DNA of 64,000 bases from a bacterium (GCA_018830565.1 JAHJRX010000043.1:9755-73754), one strand, 5' to 3'; positions 20,812-30,970 are shown, numbered from the stretch's first letter. Translations and numbers: made by a program. The notes: a model not told the origin generated them from the letters alone.

Positions 20812-22428
20812 ATGAGTTATGTAGCCTTAGCGAGAAAGTGGCGGCCACAAAGATTTGAAGAATTAATTGGTCAAGAACACATTACTACTTCTTTAAAGAA
20901 TGTGATCTTGGGTAATCGAATAACCCAGGCTTATCTTTTTGCTGGTCCTCGGGGAACAGGTAAGACTACGGCAGCTCGGATCTTAGCGAAAGCTATAAAT
21001 TGTCAAGAAAAAGATCTAAATTTTCGACCTTGCAATAATTGTAACTTTTGTTTAGAAGTTACCAAGGGTAGCTCTTTAGATGTATTAGAGATTGATGGGG
21101 CATCTAATAGAGGAATTGATGAGATTAGAGAGCTTAGAGAAAGAATAAAGTTTGCACCGGTTAGTTTAAAATATAAGATTTATATTATCGATGAAGTCCA
21201 TATGCTTACCGAGCCAGCTTTTAATGCCTTACTTAAAACTTTAGAAGAACCGCCTTCTTATGCAATCTTTATCTTTGCTACTACTGATCCTAATAAGGTT
21301 CCCCTAACCATTCTTTCTCGATGCCAGAGATATGATTTCCGAAGAATTTCCAAGGAAGATATGATTAAGGCTTTAGAAAGAATTGCCCAAGAAGAAGGGG
21401 TAATCGTAGATTCTTCTGCTTTAGATTTAATCTCCCTTAAGGCTACAGGAAGTTTAAGGGATGGTCAAACCATCTTAGAGCAGTTAATTACTTATAAAGG
21501 AGAGGTGATTAAGAAAGAAGATGTCTTATCCTTATTAGGCAAAGCTTCCTACGAAAATTTAATTAATCTTAGCCAGTCCATTAGTTGTCAAGATATTACC
21601 CGTTGTTTAAGTTTAATCAAGGAATTATACTATCAAGGTTTAGATTTAAAACAATTAGTCTTTGATCTTCTGCAATTTTATAAGGATTTATACTTATTAA
21701 AGATTTCGTCTCACCTGGTTGAAGTATTAGAATTATCAAAGAATGAACTTGATCCTTTAATGGAACAGGTAAAAAATTATTCTTTGGAATATTTAAAAAA
21801 TATCATTGAATGTTTAAAGAAACTTTATTCAGAGCTTAAAGGGACAGATCATCCTAAATTAATCTTAGAATTAGGGATGATGGACTTAATAGAGCTTAAA
21901 GATAAAGTTCCTATCTCCCATATTTTAAGCCAATTAAAAGAGATCGAAGAAAGAGGTAAAGCAAAAGAGCTTACTTTTTCTTTAAAGAAAGATGACAGTG
22001 TTTCTTTGTTATCTGAATTATCCGAACATTCTTCTTTGGAAATTATTCCTTCTTTAAATTTAGAAGAAGCTCAGAGAGGATGGTCTTTGTTATTAGAGAG
22101 GTTAAAAAAGAAAAAAGCATCTTTAATTGGTTTTTTAAGCCAAGGAGAGATTATAGGAATTAATAATGATACTCTTATCCTTGGTTTTAAAGAAAGTTTT
22201 TATTCTAAAATGATAGAGAAAAAGGAAAATAAAGAGATTATTGAAGAAGAAATCAGAAATGTGTTTAATCAGGAACTAAGATTAAAGATTGTTGCTCAAA
22301 AAAAGAATGAAGTAAAAAAAGAAGAAGCTGATGAATTAAATTACAGTTTACTATTAGATAGGGAGCCGGTAGTTAAAGAAACTTTAGAAATATTTGAAGG
22401 GCAAATAATAAGCATAAAGAATAAGTAA
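20812..22428 (+). CDS. dnaX: DNA polymerase III subunits gamma/tau
   Basis: Walker A GPRGTGKTT, a zinc module CxxC...CxxC and DEVHML. Confidence 0.95.
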   Translation: MSYVALARKWRPQRFEELIGQEHITTSLKNVILGNRITQAYLFAGPRGTGKTTAARILAKAINCQEKDLNFRPCNNCNFCLEVTKGSSLDVLEIDGASNRGIDEIRELRERIKFAPVSLKYKIYIIDEVHMLTEPAFNALLKTLEEPPSYAIFIFATTDPNKVPLTILSRCQRYDFRRISKEDMIKALERIAQEEGVIVDSSALDLISLKATGSLRDGQTILEQLITYKGEVIKKEDVLSLLGKASYENLINLSQSISCQDITRCLSLIKELYYQGLDLKQLVFDLLQFYKDLYLLKISSHLVEVLELSKNELDPLMEQVKNYSLEYLKNIIECLKKLYSELKGTDHPKLILELGMMDLIELKDKVPISHILSQLKEIEERGKAKELTFSLKKDDSVSLLSELSEHSSLEIIPSLNLEEAQRGWSLLLERLKKKKASLIGFLSQGEIIGINNDTLILGFKESFYSKMIEKKENKEIIEEEIRNVFNQELRLKIVAQKKNEVKKEEADELNYSLLLDREPVVKETLEIFEGQIISIKNK

Positions 22429-22472
22429 TCGTTAGCTAACAATAATGAAGAAAAAATAATGAAAAAGAAATA

Positions 22473-23618
22473 ATGAAGAAGATAAGAATTATAGAATTAA
22501 AAAGAAGTTGGACCATGGCTGGACCTGAAAGCTTAATCTTGTCTGTTGCCAAAAAGATAAATAAAGTACTTTTTGATCCTCTGGTTATCACTTTTGGTCT
22601 TCCTAAGACCCCGTCTCAACCTACTTTATACCAAATAGCCAAATCTATAAATTTAAAAGCCGTTGATCTGCCTTCAAAATCAAAATATAATCCTTCTATT
22701 ATTGCAAAAGTCTTGAGCTTGATTAAAGAATATGATATTAATATTATTCATACTCATGATTTTAAATCTAACCTGATAGGACTTATCACCGCTTTACTTT
22801 ATAAGAAACCACTTATTACTACTATTCATGGTCGTCTTTCTACTCCTTTTAGAGTAAGAATATACGAATCCATTGACTCTTTATTAATTAGATTTTTTGA
22901 TAAGGTAGTGGTAGGATCTAATGATTTAAAAGAAAAGCTAATTAAAAAGTGGAAAATATCTCCTCAAAAGATAGAATTAATTCACAATAGCGTGGATATC
23001 CTTCGATTTAACCTTCCTCTTGATAGTGATCGAATTAAAGCTGAGTTTAAAATCAAAGAAGATGAAATAATAGTTACTACTATAGGCCAGCTCAAAAAAG
23101 AAAAAGGAGTAGAGTATTTATTAGCCGCCGTTCCTAAAGTTATAGAAAAATTTAAAGAAGTGAGATTTTTAATCTGTGGCGAAGGGGAGTATAAAGAAGA
23201 GTTAATTAAGTTAGCTGAAAAATTAAACATTACTAAAAATGTAATCTTTACTGGTTATTATGATGATTTAAGTCAAGTCTTAGGGGTTTCCGATCTATTT
23301 ATTACTCCTTCCTTGATGGAAAGCTTACCTATTGTAATATTAGAGGCAATGTGTGCCGGTCTTCCTATTATCGGAACTAAGGTAGGGGATATTCCATTTT
23401 GTATAAATAGTAAAAATGGTTTATTGATAAAGCCAAAGAGCAGTGAAGAAATTTCTAAGGCCCTAATAAAACTATTAACTAATAAAGAAAAGTTAAAAGA
23501 AATGGGAAAAGAAAGTCGAAATTTAGTTAAGGAAAAATTTTCGGATGAAGTTATGGTGAAAAAGATAGAAGGTATTTATTTAAGTTTAATTAATTCAAGA
23601 GTTAGCCATGGAAGATAA
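22473..23618 (+). CDS. glycosyltransferase family 4 (GT-B)
   Basis: C-terminal E-X7-E-like region (ESLPIVILEAMCAGLPIIGTKVGDIP) of GT4 enzymes. Confidence 0.85.
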   Translation: MKKIRIIELKRSWTMAGPESLILSVAKKINKVLFDPLVITFGLPKTPSQPTLYQIAKSINLKAVDLPSKSKYNPSIIAKVLSLIKEYDINIIHTHDFKSNLIGLITALLYKKPLITTIHGRLSTPFRVRIYESIDSLLIRFFDKVVVGSNDLKEKLIKKWKISPQKIELIHNSVDILRFNLPLDSDRIKAEFKIKEDEIIVTTIGQLKKEKGVEYLLAAVPKVIEKFKEVRFLICGEGEYKEELIKLAEKLNITKNVIFTGYYDDLSQVLGVSDLFITPSLMESLPIVILEAMCAGLPIIGTKVGDIPFCINSKNGLLIKPKSSEEISKALIKLLTNKEKLKEMGKESRNLVKEKFSDEVMVKKIEGIYLSLINSRVSHGR

Positions 23619-24732
23619 AAAAAATGGTCGATTAATAAAAGGCATTAATAGATTAAAGATGCTTTTAACTTCTCCTAATGCCAAGAGCATCACCAGATTT
23701 CAATTTGCGGTCACTTATTTATGTAATAGTCGTTGCGCTACCTGTAATATTTGGAGAATTTATCATAACGATCCTAACTTACTAAAAGAAGAGCTAACCT
23801 TTGAGGAAATTGTAAGAATATTTAGCTCTATAAAGGACATGAAAGACATTAAGCAAATATCCTTCACCGGAGGTGAACCTTTTTTAAGGAAAGATTTTGT
23901 GGATATCTATTTGTTCTTTTCTAAGATATATGAAAATTCTTCTCTCTATCTTGTCACTAATGGCATAAATAATCAACTAATTATAGATAAAATAGAAAGA
24001 ATTAAGAAGGAAAGTAGTCTTTCTCGATTAAAGTTAGGAGTTTCCTTAGATGGCATTGGAAAAAATCATGATAAAATCAGGGGCATAGAAGGTAATTATG
24101 AAAAAGTTTTAAGTTTGGTCAATTTTATAAAAAGTAGTTATCCAGAAATAGAGTTAAATTTAAGCTTTACGATTAGTGAAGGTAATTTTAGAGAAATTGA
24201 AGAAGCTTATCGAATCTCTAAAGAGAATAAAGCTTTGTTTTCCTTTAGATTTGCTCAAGTTAGTGGTAGTTATTATCAAAATAAAGAAATGAATTTTATT
24301 TGGCCCAAAGAGATTTTAAAAGAAGTAAGTTCCACCATAGATAAAATAACAGGTGATATGGATCAACATCGAGATCTATTGGAAAAACTTTTTAGACTTG
24401 ATGTCCATTTCTTAAAAAGACTGGTAAAATATCAAATAGAACAAAGAAGAATCTTTAATTGTTATTCTGGCACTCATTCTTTTTTCCTTGATCCTTACGG
24501 AAAAATATATCCTTGTATTAACTTATCCAGTGTTTATGGAAATGCAAAAGAAGAAGATTTTAATAATTTTTGGTTCTCTAAAAAAACTAAAAGTATTAGA
24601 GAAGGAATAAAGAGAGGTAAGTGCCATTGTTGGACAGAATGCGAAACCATTCCTTCCTTGCAAAGAAGCCCTTTGCCTTTAATAAGTAATTTCCTTAATT
24701 TTATCTTTAAGTTACTAAACTATAAAAATTAA
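23608..24732 (+). CDS. radical SAM protein with C-terminal SPASM/twitch-like Cys cluster
   Basis: CNSRCATC (CxxxCxxC) near the N-terminus. C-terminal CYSG...C...CHCWTEC auxiliary cluster pattern. Confidence 0.8.
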   Translation: MEDKKNGRLIKGINRLKMLLTSPNAKSITRFQFAVTYLCNSRCATCNIWRIYHNDPNLLKEELTFEEIVRIFSSIKDMKDIKQISFTGGEPFLRKDFVDIYLFFSKIYENSSLYLVTNGINNQLIIDKIERIKKESSLSRLKLGVSLDGIGKNHDKIRGIEGNYEKVLSLVNFIKSSYPEIELNLSFTISEGNFREIEEAYRISKENKALFSFRFAQVSGSYYQNKEMNFIWPKEILKEVSSTIDKITGDMDQHRDLLEKLFRLDVHFLKRLVKYQIEQRRIFNCYSGTHSFFLDPYGKIYPCINLSSVYGNAKEEDFNNFWFSKKTKSIREGIKRGKCHCWTECETIPSLQRSPLPLISNFLNFIFKLLNYKN

Positions 24733-24734
24733 AT

Positions 24735-25571
24735 ATGGATAAAAGATTAGATCTTTCTATTACGATCATCAGCCATAACCATGGACATTTTTTAACGCCT
24801 TGCTTAGCATCTCTTTATAAATATGCTCAAGGATTTACTTTTGAAGTCCTTCTAATCGATAATAAATCTGACGATCAGACCGTAGAAATTATAAAGAATA
24901 ATTTTCCAGAAGTAGCTTTAATAGAAAATAAAAAGAGGTATAGTTTTGCTAAAAATAATAATATTGGGATAAAATATTCCAAAGGAAGATATATTTTACT
25001 TTTAAATCCTGACACTACTTTTTCAGATAACGCCTTAAAAAAGGTGATAGAATTTATGGATGAACATGAAGAAGTAGGTATTTCTGCTTGTAAATTACTA
25101 AATCCTGATGGAACTATTCAAGATAGTTGTCGTAAATTTCCAACTCCTTTAGCTATTTTATTTCGAGGTTTTAGACTCGATAGATGGTTTAAGAATGTCC
25201 AATTCTACCAAAATTATTTAATGCACAACTTCGACCATAATTTTTTAAAAGAAATTGATTGGGCTTTAGGAGCTTTTTTATTTGTAAGAAGGGAAGTAAT
25301 TAAAAAGGTAGGGATGATGGATGAAAAATATCCTTTATATTATGAAGATATAGATTGGTGTTTTAGAGTTAAAGAAAGTGGGTGGAAGATATATTATCTA
25401 CCTCATGTTTCTATTACTCATCACTATCTAAGGACTTCAGCAAAAAGTTTTCTTAATAAAAGAAAGATCTTTCATTTGATTAGTATTGGTCATTTTTATA
25501 ATAAACACGCTTTAACCATGTTAAAAAACTCAATATGGAAAAGGAATAAAGAAAATGTCTATAAAAAATAA
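24735..25571 (+). CDS. glycosyltransferase family 2
   Basis: LSITIISHN...LLIDNKSDDQT...LNPD... DxD-containing GT-A fold pattern. Confidence 0.85.
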   Translation: MDKRLDLSITIISHNHGHFLTPCLASLYKYAQGFTFEVLLIDNKSDDQTVEIIKNNFPEVALIENKKRYSFAKNNNIGIKYSKGRYILLLNPDTTFSDNALKKVIEFMDEHEEVGISACKLLNPDGTIQDSCRKFPTPLAILFRGFRLDRWFKNVQFYQNYLMHNFDHNFLKEIDWALGAFLFVRREVIKKVGMMDEKYPLYYEDIDWCFRVKESGWKIYYLPHVSITHHYLRTSAKSFLNKRKIFHLISIGHFYNKHALTMLKNSIWKRNKENVYKK

Positions 25572-26361
25572 TTGTAAAAAGAATAACCTAAAAAAAGTTT
25601 ACGAAAGAGAAAGTAAGTTTTGGGATAATCAAGTAACCTTTTCTCTTAAGGATGAAAAAGATCTATTGGTCGATGAGGATAACTTAAATGAATTAGAAAG
25701 TTTTATTTTTGAAAGATTGGGTGACTTAAGAGATAAAAAAGTTTTAGATTGTGGATGTGGGTCTGGAGTGCTTTCTACTATTTTAGCTAAAAGAGGAGCT
25801 TTGGTCTCTGCTTTTGACATTTCTTCTGAATCAACTAAGCTAACTAAGAAAAGAGCAGAAATAAATGGAGTAGGGGAAAGGGTCGAGGTAAAAGTTATGC
25901 CTTTTGAAAAACTTGGTTATTCTGACCAATGTTTTGACTTAGTGGTTGGTTACTTTATTCTCCATCATATAGATGTAACTAAAGGAGCTCTTGAACTAAA
26001 AAGAGTTTTAAAAGATGAAGGTCGGGCTATATTCTTAGAAAATTCTAGTCGTAACTTTTTATTAATGATGGCTAGGAAACTTCTAACTGGGCGCTTTGGC
26101 ATTCCTAAGCATGGATCGGCAGATGAAATTCCTTTGGGCAATAAAGATATTAAACAAATGGGCAAGATTTTTAGTGAATATAAAGTTCATTATAAGAATT
26201 TCTTCTTTTTTAGGCTTCTAGACGAATTTATTTTTAAGGGAAAAAGTAAAGCCGTGGCTAAAATTTTAAAAATATTAGATGTATTTTTTTATAAATACCT
26301 TCCCCTAATTCGACAATTTAGTTATCTTCAGATTGCAGAGTTTAACAAAGTAAAAAATTAG
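25555..26361 (+). CDS. class I SAM-dependent methyltransferase
   Basis: VLDCGCGSGVLS motif I. Confidence 0.8.
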   Translation: MSIKNNCKKNNLKKVYERESKFWDNQVTFSLKDEKDLLVDEDNLNELESFIFERLGDLRDKKVLDCGCGSGVLSTILAKRGALVSAFDISSESTKLTKKRAEINGVGERVEVKVMPFEKLGYSDQCFDLVVGYFILHHIDVTKGALELKRVLKDEGRAIFLENSSRNFLLMMARKLLTGRFGIPKHGSADEIPLGNKDIKQMGKIFSEYKVHYKNFFFFRLLDEFIFKGKSKAVAKILKILDVFFYKYLPLIRQFSYLQIAEFNKVKN

Positions 26362-26480
26362 CAGCAATTTTAATTATGAAAAAGTTGCCATGAAAAGATT
26401 GTACTTCTTTAAGTGTTGTTATAAAGTTAAAATGTTATAGTTTATTATAGCATATGGCATAAAAATAAAGGTTTAACTTT

Positions 26481-27182
26481 ATGGAAAAGGTATCTATCTT
26501 TGTAGCTTTTACAGCAGGAGTTTTTACCTTTTTTACTCCTTGTTTCTTTCCCCTTGTGCCCACATACCTTGTTTTTATTACCGGCTTATCATTTAATGAT
26601 TTGCTGACCAATACTTCCTTAAAGTTGACCAGGAATAACTTATTAATAAACACCTTCCTCTTTATTTTGGGCTTTTCCATCATTTTTATACTTTTAGGCG
26701 CCTCTATTACTTACTTAAGTAGTTTATTATATGAATATCAGGATATTTTTAAGAAGATAGGCGGAGTGGTAGTAGTTTTCTTAGGTTTGTATATCTTAGG
26801 AGTTTTTAAGATAAGTTTTTTACAAAGAGAATTTAAAATACATTTAAGACAAAAGTCGTGGGGGGTTTTAGGATCTTTTCTGACTGGGGTTACTTTTGCT
26901 CTTGGTTGGTCACCTTGTGTAGGGCCAATCTTAGGATCTCTTTTAGTTTACGCCAGTACCACCGCTACCTTGTATCAAGGAATTTATTTGCTGATTTTTT
27001 ATTCTTTAGGCTTAGGAATACCTTTTTTATTGGTATCTGTCTTGTTAAGCACCTTTATGAGCTATTTTGATAAATTTAAAAAGTCATTACTTTTCATAAA
27101 TAAAGCTTGTGGAGTATTTTTAATCTTAATAGGAATTATCATTTTCTTAGATAAATTTAATGGTCTTCAAAGATTGCTTTAA
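26481..27182 (+). CDS. ccdA: cytochrome c-type biogenesis protein CcdA (DsbD-family thiol-disulfide transporter)
   Basis: Two conserved Cys in TM1 and TM4 (FFTPCFFPLVP ... GWSPCVGPILG). Confidence 0.8.
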   Translation: MEKVSIFVAFTAGVFTFFTPCFFPLVPTYLVFITGLSFNDLLTNTSLKLTRNNLLINTFLFILGFSIIFILLGASITYLSSLLYEYQDIFKKIGGVVVVFLGLYILGVFKISFLQREFKIHLRQKSWGVLGSFLTGVTFALGWSPCVGPILGSLLVYASTTATLYQGIYLLIFYSLGLGIPFLLVSVLLSTFMSYFDKFKKSLLFINKACGVFLILIGIIIFLDKFNGLQRLL

Positions 27183-27212
27183 AAGTAAATTAACTTAAGG
27201 AGGAAATAAAAG

Positions 27213-27656
27213 ATGAAATTCATTCATAGGTTACTACTCTGGCTTGAAGTTGTTTTAGGCATAGTGATTGTAGTCATAGTTGTTTTTGGTTTATACCTGA
27301 TAGTAGTTTCCATTACTCAAGTACAAACTGTTTCCTTAGGTAAGTTTCATATTATTTTTGAAACGATCTTAAGTGATCTTCTTTTGCTAATAGTGGGGCT
27401 GGAAATGGCTGTGATGATGATTCAACGAAGAATGGAACTTTTGCCAGAAATTTTAGCTTTTGTGGTAGGAAGAAAGCTTCTCCTTATGATTCCAAATACT
27501 TATGAACTAATAATTTGGGTATTGGCTGTAGGGGCATTGTTTGCTATTCGGAAGTATTTGACTAAATGTGAAGGCTGCCTTAAATTTGAGCGATTAATAT
27601 TAACAGGAGAAATTAGGCAAGACAAAAAAGATGAAACAGTTAAAACAGTTACTTAA
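27213..27656 (+). CDS. small membrane protein, unknown function
   Basis: Four predicted hydrophobic helices. Confidence 0.4.
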   Translation: MKFIHRLLLWLEVVLGIVIVVIVVFGLYLIVVSITQVQTVSLGKFHIIFETILSDLLLLIVGLEMAVMMIQRRMELLPEILAFVVGRKLLLMIPNTYELIIWVLAVGALFAIRKYLTKCEGCLKFERLILTGEIRQDKKDETVKTVT

Positions 27657-27713
27657 TCATGAGAAATTCTCAGGTTAAAGTTTCGGGTAAAAAAAACATG
27701 TAATCTCTTGTTT

Positions 27714-27831
27714 TATAGCACTTATTAGTCAAAATTTGACTTAGAGCAAATTAATTTTTAACTCCAAGCAAGTTTATCTTTTATTAGTTGGTATTATTTC
27801 CTATTTCCAGTTTTTGTTGATAACGACTATA
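27714..27831 (-). repeat. MITE-like repeat, copy E (divergent, inverted orientation)
   Basis: Same architecture as copy C with more substitutions (ttgttgataacgactata terminus). Confidence 0.65.
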
Positions 27832-27913
27832 TCATTCAAGCTATCACCCAAATAAATCAGGTTTGCAAAAAAAGTAGTTAAAGAAGAAATTCTAAGGAAA
27901 GGAAGGTGCTATT

Positions 27914-28723
27914 ATGGCAATTCGCTATCCTGCAGTAGCAGGAACATTTTATCCTAAAAGTGAAAAAGCTTTAAGAGCCCAAGTAGAATCATTCTTAGAT
28001 TTTACTGCTTCTAAAGAAGAGGTATTAGGAATAGTATCTCCTCACGCTGGATATATCTATTCAGGAGGCACCGCTGGTGAGGTTTTCTCTAAAATTAATT
28101 TAGCTTCAACTTATATCATATTAGGTCCTAATCATTCGGGTTTAGGGCAAGAATATGCAGTTGACAGCAAAGAAACATGGCAAACTCCATTAGGCGATGT
28201 TTTGATAGACAAGGATTTGGCCAATAGCCTACTGAATAATTCTACCCTTTTAAAAGAAGATAATTTAGCCCACATTCAAGAACACTCTATTGAAATCCAA
28301 CTCCCCTTTTTACAATGCTTACATAATGAGCCCTTTATGATTATTCCCATTTGTATAGGAGGTAGAGACTTAGAAGAACTTAAACAACTTGGAAAAGAGA
28401 TTGCTTGGATTGTAAAAGATTCTCCTAAGAAAGTTGTGATTATTGCCAGTAGCGATATGACCCACTACGAATCTCAAAATATAGTCTCTAAAAAGGACAG
28501 TAAGGCTATTGAGGCTATCTTAGACTTAAACGAAGATGAGCTTATGGAAAAGATTAAAAAGTATAACATCTCTATGTGTGGTTATGCCCCCACGGTCATT
28601 ATGTTAAAAGCAACTAAAGAGTTAGGGGCTAAAAAGGCTATCCTGGTAAAATATACTACCTCAGCTGAAGCTTCTGGTGATTATAATCATGTGGTTGGTT
28701 ATGCAGGAATTATGGTAAAATAG
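27914..28723 (+). CDS. Memo-like protein (AmmeMemoRadiSam system protein B family)
   Basis: AGTFYP...SPHAGYIYSGGTAG...GPNHSG...H motif series of the MEMO1 family. Confidence 0.8.
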   Translation: MAIRYPAVAGTFYPKSEKALRAQVESFLDFTASKEEVLGIVSPHAGYIYSGGTAGEVFSKINLASTYIILGPNHSGLGQEYAVDSKETWQTPLGDVLIDKDLANSLLNNSTLLKEDNLAHIQEHSIEIQLPFLQCLHNEPFMIIPICIGGRDLEELKQLGKEIAWIVKDSPKKVVIIASSDMTHYESQNIVSKKDSKAIEAILDLNEDELMEKIKKYNISMCGYAPTVIMLKATKELGAKKAILVKYTTSAEASGDYNHVVGYAGIMVK

Positions 28724-28733
28724 GCTAAACTAA

Positions 28734-29069
28734 GTGATAGAAGATTATAGTTTTGGACAAGTTAAGATAGAGGGCAAGGTTTATAAACATGATCTCATTG
28801 TTTTCCAAGATCAGGTTAGCTCTTGGTGGAGAGTAACAGGCCACCAAGTAGTTAAAAAAGATATTGAAGCTTTGGCAGAGCAAAGACCTGAAATTATTAT
28901 TTTTGGCATGGGTAGCTCTGGGTTAATGAAAGTAACTCCAGAGGTAAAAGATTATTTACACCAAAAAGATATTGAATTTTTAAGTATTCCTACTAAAGAA
29001 GCCACTCTTTATTTTAATCAGCTTTTAAAAGAAAAGAAAGTAGCTGGCGCTTTTCATCTCACTTGTTAA
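28734..29069 (+). CDS. Mth938-like domain protein
   Basis: 111 aa with an IIIFGMGSSG core, resembling the Mth938/AAMDC fold family. Confidence 0.5.
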   Translation: MIEDYSFGQVKIEGKVYKHDLIVFQDQVSSWWRVTGHQVVKKDIEALAEQRPEIIIFGMGSSGLMKVTPEVKDYLHQKDIEFLSIPTKEATLYFNQLLKEKKVAGAFHLTC

Positions 29070-29091
29070 ATAAAAAGAAGTTATTAGTTTA

Positions 29092-29622
29092 TCAATCTTT
29101 TACTTTATGGGCTATATGTCCAAAATACAAAGCCAATGAAATTAAAAGGATTCCCCCAGCCAGACAAAGAATATTAAGAGGTTCTTCAAATGAAGTATAG
29201 AGAACATGTTTAAAGAACATTACTATCAAGATCATTATAATTACTTTAGCTAATCTATCCTTTAGGTCATCTAAGGTCTTTATTAGTAAAACATTAGAAC
29301 CACGAGTATCGCTTTCTGCTACTTCAATCTTGCTGATAAATAATTCGTAAAGGCCAAATGAAAAAATAAGAAGAACTACCGCTAAAAGATAGTCATCTAT
29401 CGCTCCAATAATACGTCCTACCAGGGCATCATGAAATGCACCATATGGTTCTGTGAAGTGACCCAACATGTAATTCCAGGCGTGAATAGCTATTCCTAAT
29501 ACATCATAGGTAGCTAAAAGAAAGAGAATAATAGCTGAAACCAAGCTGGCAATTACTGCTAAGATAACAATAAACTTACTATTCCACAAAAATGATTCAA
29601 ATATCTTTTCTAACCAATTCAT
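29092..29622 (-). CDS. YqhA-family (UPF0114) membrane protein
   Basis: Topology and N-terminus resemble the YqhA family. Confidence 0.45.
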   Translation of the reverse strand: MNWLEKIFESFLWNSKFIVILAVIASLVSAIILFLLATYDVLGIAIHAWNYMLGHFTEPYGAFHDALVGRIIGAIDDYLLAVVLLIFSFGLYELFISKIEVAESDTRGSNVLLIKTLDDLKDRLAKVIIMILIVMFFKHVLYTSFEEPLNILCLAGGILLISLALYFGHIAHKVKD

Positions 29623-29796
29623 TTCTATATTTCTCCTTACCGAGTATCTTCTTCGTCATCCAATAAACGTTCAGCTATCAGCTTTTAGTTTTTTAACTTA
29701 GAAAGAATCACTTGTTTTTTCATTTATTTCACCGCCTTTGCAGGATTTTCTCTTCCTTTTTGCTGGCAACTGACCGCTGACTGCTGACTATATTTC

Positions 29797-30528
29797 CTAC
29801 AAATCTACCGGCTTGACGCAACGAAAACCTATGTTATTAAATCTATAATCTGGCTTCATAAAACCTCTATAGTTACACTTACAACATTCTTCTCTATCAG
29901 CAAAAGAGCCACCTCTGATTACCTTATATCTCCCTTCTTTAACGCCAACAGGATTGATAATTACTCCTTTCTCATGGCATTGACTATAATAATTCCAATC
30001 ATACCAATCCAGACACCATTCCCATATATTTCCAGCCAGATCAAAACATCCATAACAAGATCTTCCCTGCGGATAAGTAGCGACTGGAGAAGTTTTTCCT
30101 ATGTTACTTCTTCCTCCATTACAAACATTATCCTTCCATTCATCACCCCAGGGATAAGCTTTTTTATTCTCTCTTCCCTCTACCCATCTTTCTCCTCGAG
30201 CTGTTTTTTCCCACTCTGCTTCCGTCGGTAGTCTTTTTTCTGCCCAATAAGCAAACATTAAAGCTTCATGCCAACTAATATTTACTACCGGCTGGTAAGG
30301 TTCATCAAAATCAGGCACAGGCTGATGGTCAGGATTAAACAGTTTATATTGAGCATTGGTAACAAGATACTTATCTACCCAATAATCACTTAAGAACACC
30401 ACATGGATGGGGCTTTCACTTTCATACTCCTCTCCTCCCATCATAAACTCTCCTTTAGAAATTAGCACCATATCCTTAGGTGTATCTCCTTGGTAAAACA
30501 AATCTCTTTCAAAGGGTAATATCTTCAT
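29797..30528 (-). CDS. formylglycine-generating enzyme family (FGE-sulfatase domain) protein
   Basis: C-terminal RVIRGGSF...FRCV hallmark of SUMF1/EgtB/PvdO family proteins. WEW/GNIWEW motifs. Confidence 0.85.
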   Translation of the reverse strand: MKILPFERDLFYQGDTPKDMVLISKGEFMMGGEEYESESPIHVVFLSDYWVDKYLVTNAQYKLFNPDHQPVPDFDEPYQPVVNISWHEALMFAYWAEKRLPTEAEWEKTARGERWVEGRENKKAYPWGDEWKDNVCNGGRSNIGKTSPVATYPQGRSCYGCFDLAGNIWEWCLDWYDWNYYSQCHEKGVIINPVGVKEGRYKVIRGGSFADREECCKCNYRGFMKPDYRFNNIGFRCVKPVDL

Positions 30529-30541
30529 TATTTCTCTTGAC

Positions 30542-30970
30542 TCAACTGGAGGATAGGATATTAATTTTCGATGATCTCTTCTCCAAAGCTTCTCTAATTA
30601 TATTTATTACCTCTTCACTAGAGAAGGGCTTTTTTAAAACCCCAACCACTCCTATTTCCATAGCTTTCTCCAAGGTTTCTGGATTAACATTTCCTGAGAT
30701 AATTATAGTAGTTGGATAATATTTCTTCATACTAGACATCTTCTTTAACCACTTTAAGCCATCTTCTTGATTTAAGAATAGATCTAACATTATAAGACTA
30801 ATTTCTTCAGTAAGCAAAATCTTTTCTGCTTCGACTAATCTTTCTGCTAAAAATATTTTATATCCATAGTCCTTTAGTAAATTTCCTAAAGTAACTCTTA
30901 CATTCTTTTCATCATCAATAATTAAGATACTATAACTCACTTTCTTCTCTCTGACTAGGTAAATAGACAA
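30542..30970 (-). CDS. single-domain response regulator (CheY-like receiver)
   Basis: ILIIDDE...D (phospho-acceptor in IMLDLFL)...K pattern. Confidence 0.85.
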   Translation of the reverse strand: MSIYLVREKKVSYSILIIDDEKNVRVTLGNLLKDYGYKIFLAERLVEAEKILLTEEISLIMLDLFLNQEDGLKWLKKMSSMKKYYPTTIIISGNVNPETLEKAMEIGVVGVLKKPFSSEEVINIIREALEKRSSKINILSSS

